Source: Bilabrum cf. latius (lineage: Eukaryota). From it: DNA of 64,000 bases. Where the stretch lies: positions 496,001 to 560,000 of the forward strand of contig OZ237748.1 in assembly GCA_965178125.1 (NCBI GenBank), in the 5' to 3' direction. Within the stretch, counting starts at the first letter, position 1. Every line of letters starts with the position of its first letter. Shown here piece after piece: positions 63,401 through 64,000 of the stretch. Below the pieces are notes generated by a model. That model did not search any database, was not told the DNA's origin, and saw only the letters and a list, made by a program, of their open reading frames with translations. Made by a program: the position numbers and the translations under genes.

Positions 63401-64000
63401 GATGCATTTACTCGTGGCAGCGCCTTTCGTGGTGTGCTTCGGCACTTGCTCTTGGCCGCCATGGCTCAGTTGGCCTGGACATGGTCGCATTAGCCCGAGC
63501 TGCTCCCGGCCCACGTAAGGGCTTCGGATATACAGTTGCTCGTGGCAGCGCCTTTCGTGGTGTGCTTATCCACTTGCTCTTGGCCGTCATGGCTCAATTA
63601 GCTTGGGCATGATCGCATCTGCCCGAGCTGCATCCTGCCCACGTAAGGGCTTCGGATATGCAGTTGCTCGTAGCAGCGCCGTCAGTGGTGTGCTTCGGCT
63701 TTTGGTCTGGGCTGCCATAGCTCAGTTGGCCTGAACATTGTCGCATCTGCCCGAGCTGCTCCCTGCCCACGTTTGGGCTTCGGCAATACAGTTGCTCGTG
63801 GCAGCGATGTTCGTGGTGTGCTTCGGCACTTGCTCTGGGCCGCCCTCTGTGAGTTGGCCCGGTCGTGCTCGCACTTGCTCGAGCTGCTCCCTGCCCGCAT
63901 ATGGGCTACGGATAAGTAGTTGTTTGTGGCAGCGATGTCCGTGGTGTGCTTAACCGCTTCCTCTTGTCCGGCATCGCTCAATTGGCCTGGGCATGATCGC
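60410..64000. repeat. 128-bp satellite, ~28 copies, running off the right edge; homogeneous to ~62500, then diverged monomers with higher-order periodicity
   Basis: ORF starts step by 128 (60574, 60702, 60830...). Core CAGTTGCTCGTGGCAGCG. Confidence 0.96.

Noticed and set aside
7645-64000. CRISPR-like appearance of regular repeats (43, 63, 88 and 128 bp)
   Set aside because: No unique spacers and no cas genes; eukaryotic context.

Overview
Nuclear DNA of a GC-rich, aerobic unicellular eukaryote (GT-AG spliceosomal introns, ESCRT-II, Sec61, cytosolic uL1, mitochondrial proteins; a stramenopile is plausible but unproven). Main result: the window appears to use a variant nuclear genetic code in which TAG is a sense codon, most likely Gln, while TAA and TGA remain stops. 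About 30 in-frame TAGs interrupt otherwise intact genes, including ETFDH, SNF8, NDUFAF3 and a CHCH protein, and several sit opposite CAG/CAA in paralogues. The supplied ORF track is therefore fragmented. Layout: a 1.31-kb tandem array and G-rich minisatellites (1-9.3 kb); an FG-GAP type I membrane protein; a 10-member ankyrin-repeat family with one repeat per exon and a conserved 'RLRLGKL' C-terminal module, where all 7 complete A-type members have the ATG split by an intron (AT|G); a compact housekeeping island (ETFDH, SEC61B, SNF8, NDUFAF3, CHCH/mS37-like, RPL10A); a GT90 fragment; a GH43 gene; and ~329-bp and 128-bp satellites with higher-order structure (57.6-64 kb). Gene models and family assignments were made by eye without database searches.
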